A DNA stretch of 64,000 nt from Solemya velum (Eukaryota): NCBI GenBank assembly GCA_048127485.1, contig JBHNWI010000006.1:46455358-46519357 (forward strand). The letters run 5' to 3'. The stretch's first letter is position 1, and each line of letters opens with the position of its first letter. The position numbers and the translations under genes are program-made. Below are positions 62,351 through 64,000 of this stretch, one piece after another. The notes beneath the pieces are model-generated. The model saw only the letters and a program-made list of their open reading frames with translations, did no database searches and had not been told where the DNA came from.

Positions 62351-64000
62351 TAAAATCAGCTACTAAGTGTTGTTATTGCATTTGAACAGGAGATTATATA
62401 GAAAAGCAACCCATCTTTTATTTCTCTGGTTTTACTCTTGAACATCTTTTCCAATACGATTTCTTTTTCTAACCTATCAGGTTTTAAATAAAAGTGTTGA
62501 AACAAATAATAATGAAGAGAAAAAAACCCACAGCAAAAGTAATAGGTCTTTCCTCTGTGAAGGAATGCCCCAATTATTCTCAGATATTTTTGGAGATTTT
62601 TGAAAACAAATATGTCAGAATGTCTCAATTACTGGCTAGAAGCCCCCAAAATTGAAAAAGTCAATGCTTGAAGCTTTTCATAATCGGCATTTTTCAAATC
62701 GCTGTTAGTTGACTATTTTGAAGGCTTATAACTTCTTTTTGACGCCTAGCCATTAGTGATTAGTTTTCTGACTGCAAATCCAGACCACATGTACATCATA
62801 ATACCTGAGGGACATAGTGATATGAACTACTATAATGTTTTTATACACCGCAGATGTCTCTGCTGAACACAATTTAACTCCTTTCACAACATAAGTTTGG
62901 ATACTTAAGCATAAATATCTCTTGATGCATCAGAGGCACACAACTCAAACTTTCACATCTAAGACTACAACTCAATGTTAACATAATACGGGTCTTACAA
63001 CGTTTCCACCTCCAACGTTATCAAGTAACAGTGACACAAATATGAGACAAATGACAAACTTCAAAGTCGATTTGCAACCAAACCACTCAACCTATCTCAA
63101 TACTAAAAAAAGCGTCTTGAATGCATTCCTCTCCTCTAAACATCAATCAAAACTCCCATCAAAATATCTTTGAAATCAAAAAGTTTACCTTTATAAAATC
63201 TCAACACCTCTCAAAATACACATCTCTTGCTTCTACCAAGAACAGGTTGTCACTACAATATCGTCACTCACCTCAACCACTTTTTACTGTAGTTTGCCTT
63301 GTAGTTTCTGAGTTGAATCGGCAACAAACATTTCAACTTTAACCTCTTATAACCTTGACCTTCAAGTAATTTCAAATCTTGAACATGATGTGCAGAATTA
63401 GGTCTCGCAGCGAGTGTAACCTCCAAATCTCATCATCATAACCCTAAAACTTTCAGAGCTTCTGAATCAACAAAAGGTGTTGAGACAAATAAAAATAAAA
63501 ATAAAAAACACATCAAAAGCATTAGATCACTCCTCTGACAAGAAAAGCCCTAATAATCATGCCAGGACAAGAAAAGCCCTAATAATCATGTCAGTTGGAT
63601 TATGGAATTCAAAACAACAAAAAAACATTGCTTATCTGGTCATACAATATGTTTTGCTGAAAGTAACACATGGGGCAAATGCCACATGATTTTTTCATAA
63701 ATTAAAGAAATGACATTCGGTTTACTAGCATACAGCATTTGCCGTGCTCGGTTTAAGGGGTATGAAATTAATAGGGAAATTTTCAAGAATAGGACAATAT
63801 TTTCATCTTTGCAGAGTTAAAAAAAGGCTCAGTCCATTGTATTTAGAAAAGTTATACCCCCATGCAATCTCACAAATAGAAGCATACGTGGCTTAGTCAT
63901 AGTCAACATTGGAGTAATGGGCCTTTTTCGTAATTAATATGTCTGTGCTCTGAAGTTTTTCCGCTCAAAAACTCAAAAACTTCAGTTATGATTGCGATAA

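Noticed and set aside
1-64000. Prokaryotic-style systems (CRISPR arrays, defence operons, toxin-antitoxin pairs)
   Set aside because: The sequence is clearly eukaryotic: spliced exons with AG/GT boundaries and polypyrimidine tracts, SINEs, LINEs, LTR elements, satellites, and CpG depletion with islands. There are no short-spacer direct-repeat arrays or dense co-oriented ORFs.

Overview
This window is AT-rich, CpG-depleted, repeat-dense eukaryotic DNA, most likely from an invertebrate metazoan. The SINE and satellite content looks mollusc or bivalve-like, but I cannot confirm the species. I found no prokaryotic operons, CRISPR arrays, or bona fide tRNA or rRNA genes. The best-supported gene is a large multi-exon gene on the + strand, spanning at least 24.2-57.8 kb and unresolved at both ends. 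Intron phases agree at every proposed junction. The exons encode a Ser/Asp-rich disordered region, a 2.3-kb exon with an internal tandem duplication of ~210-aa modules, and at least one complete macro (ADP-ribose-binding) domain plus the start of a second. This gives a PARP9/14/15-like 'macro-PARP' architecture, a family associated with antiviral immunity. I see no WWE or PARP catalytic exon in the window. The rest of the window is transposon debris: a Tc1-like transposase pseudogene split by a MITE and truncated by a SINE; a mariner-like relic; two copies of a TA-flanked Tc1-like non-autonomous element carrying a ~120-bp minisatellite; a long-TIR foldback-type element; tRNA-derived SINEs with (AACC)n-type tails, one with a 12-bp target-site duplication; two LTR-retroelement relics; LINE RT and endonuclease fragments; and two adjacent satellite arrays plus dispersed relatives carrying AGGTCA half-site repeats. 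Two CpG-rich islands inside introns carry CRE, CCAAT and E-box motifs and look like unmethylated promoters. Several ~1-kb tracts are almost free of G on the + strand. All coordinates are hand-derived and may be off by a few bases.
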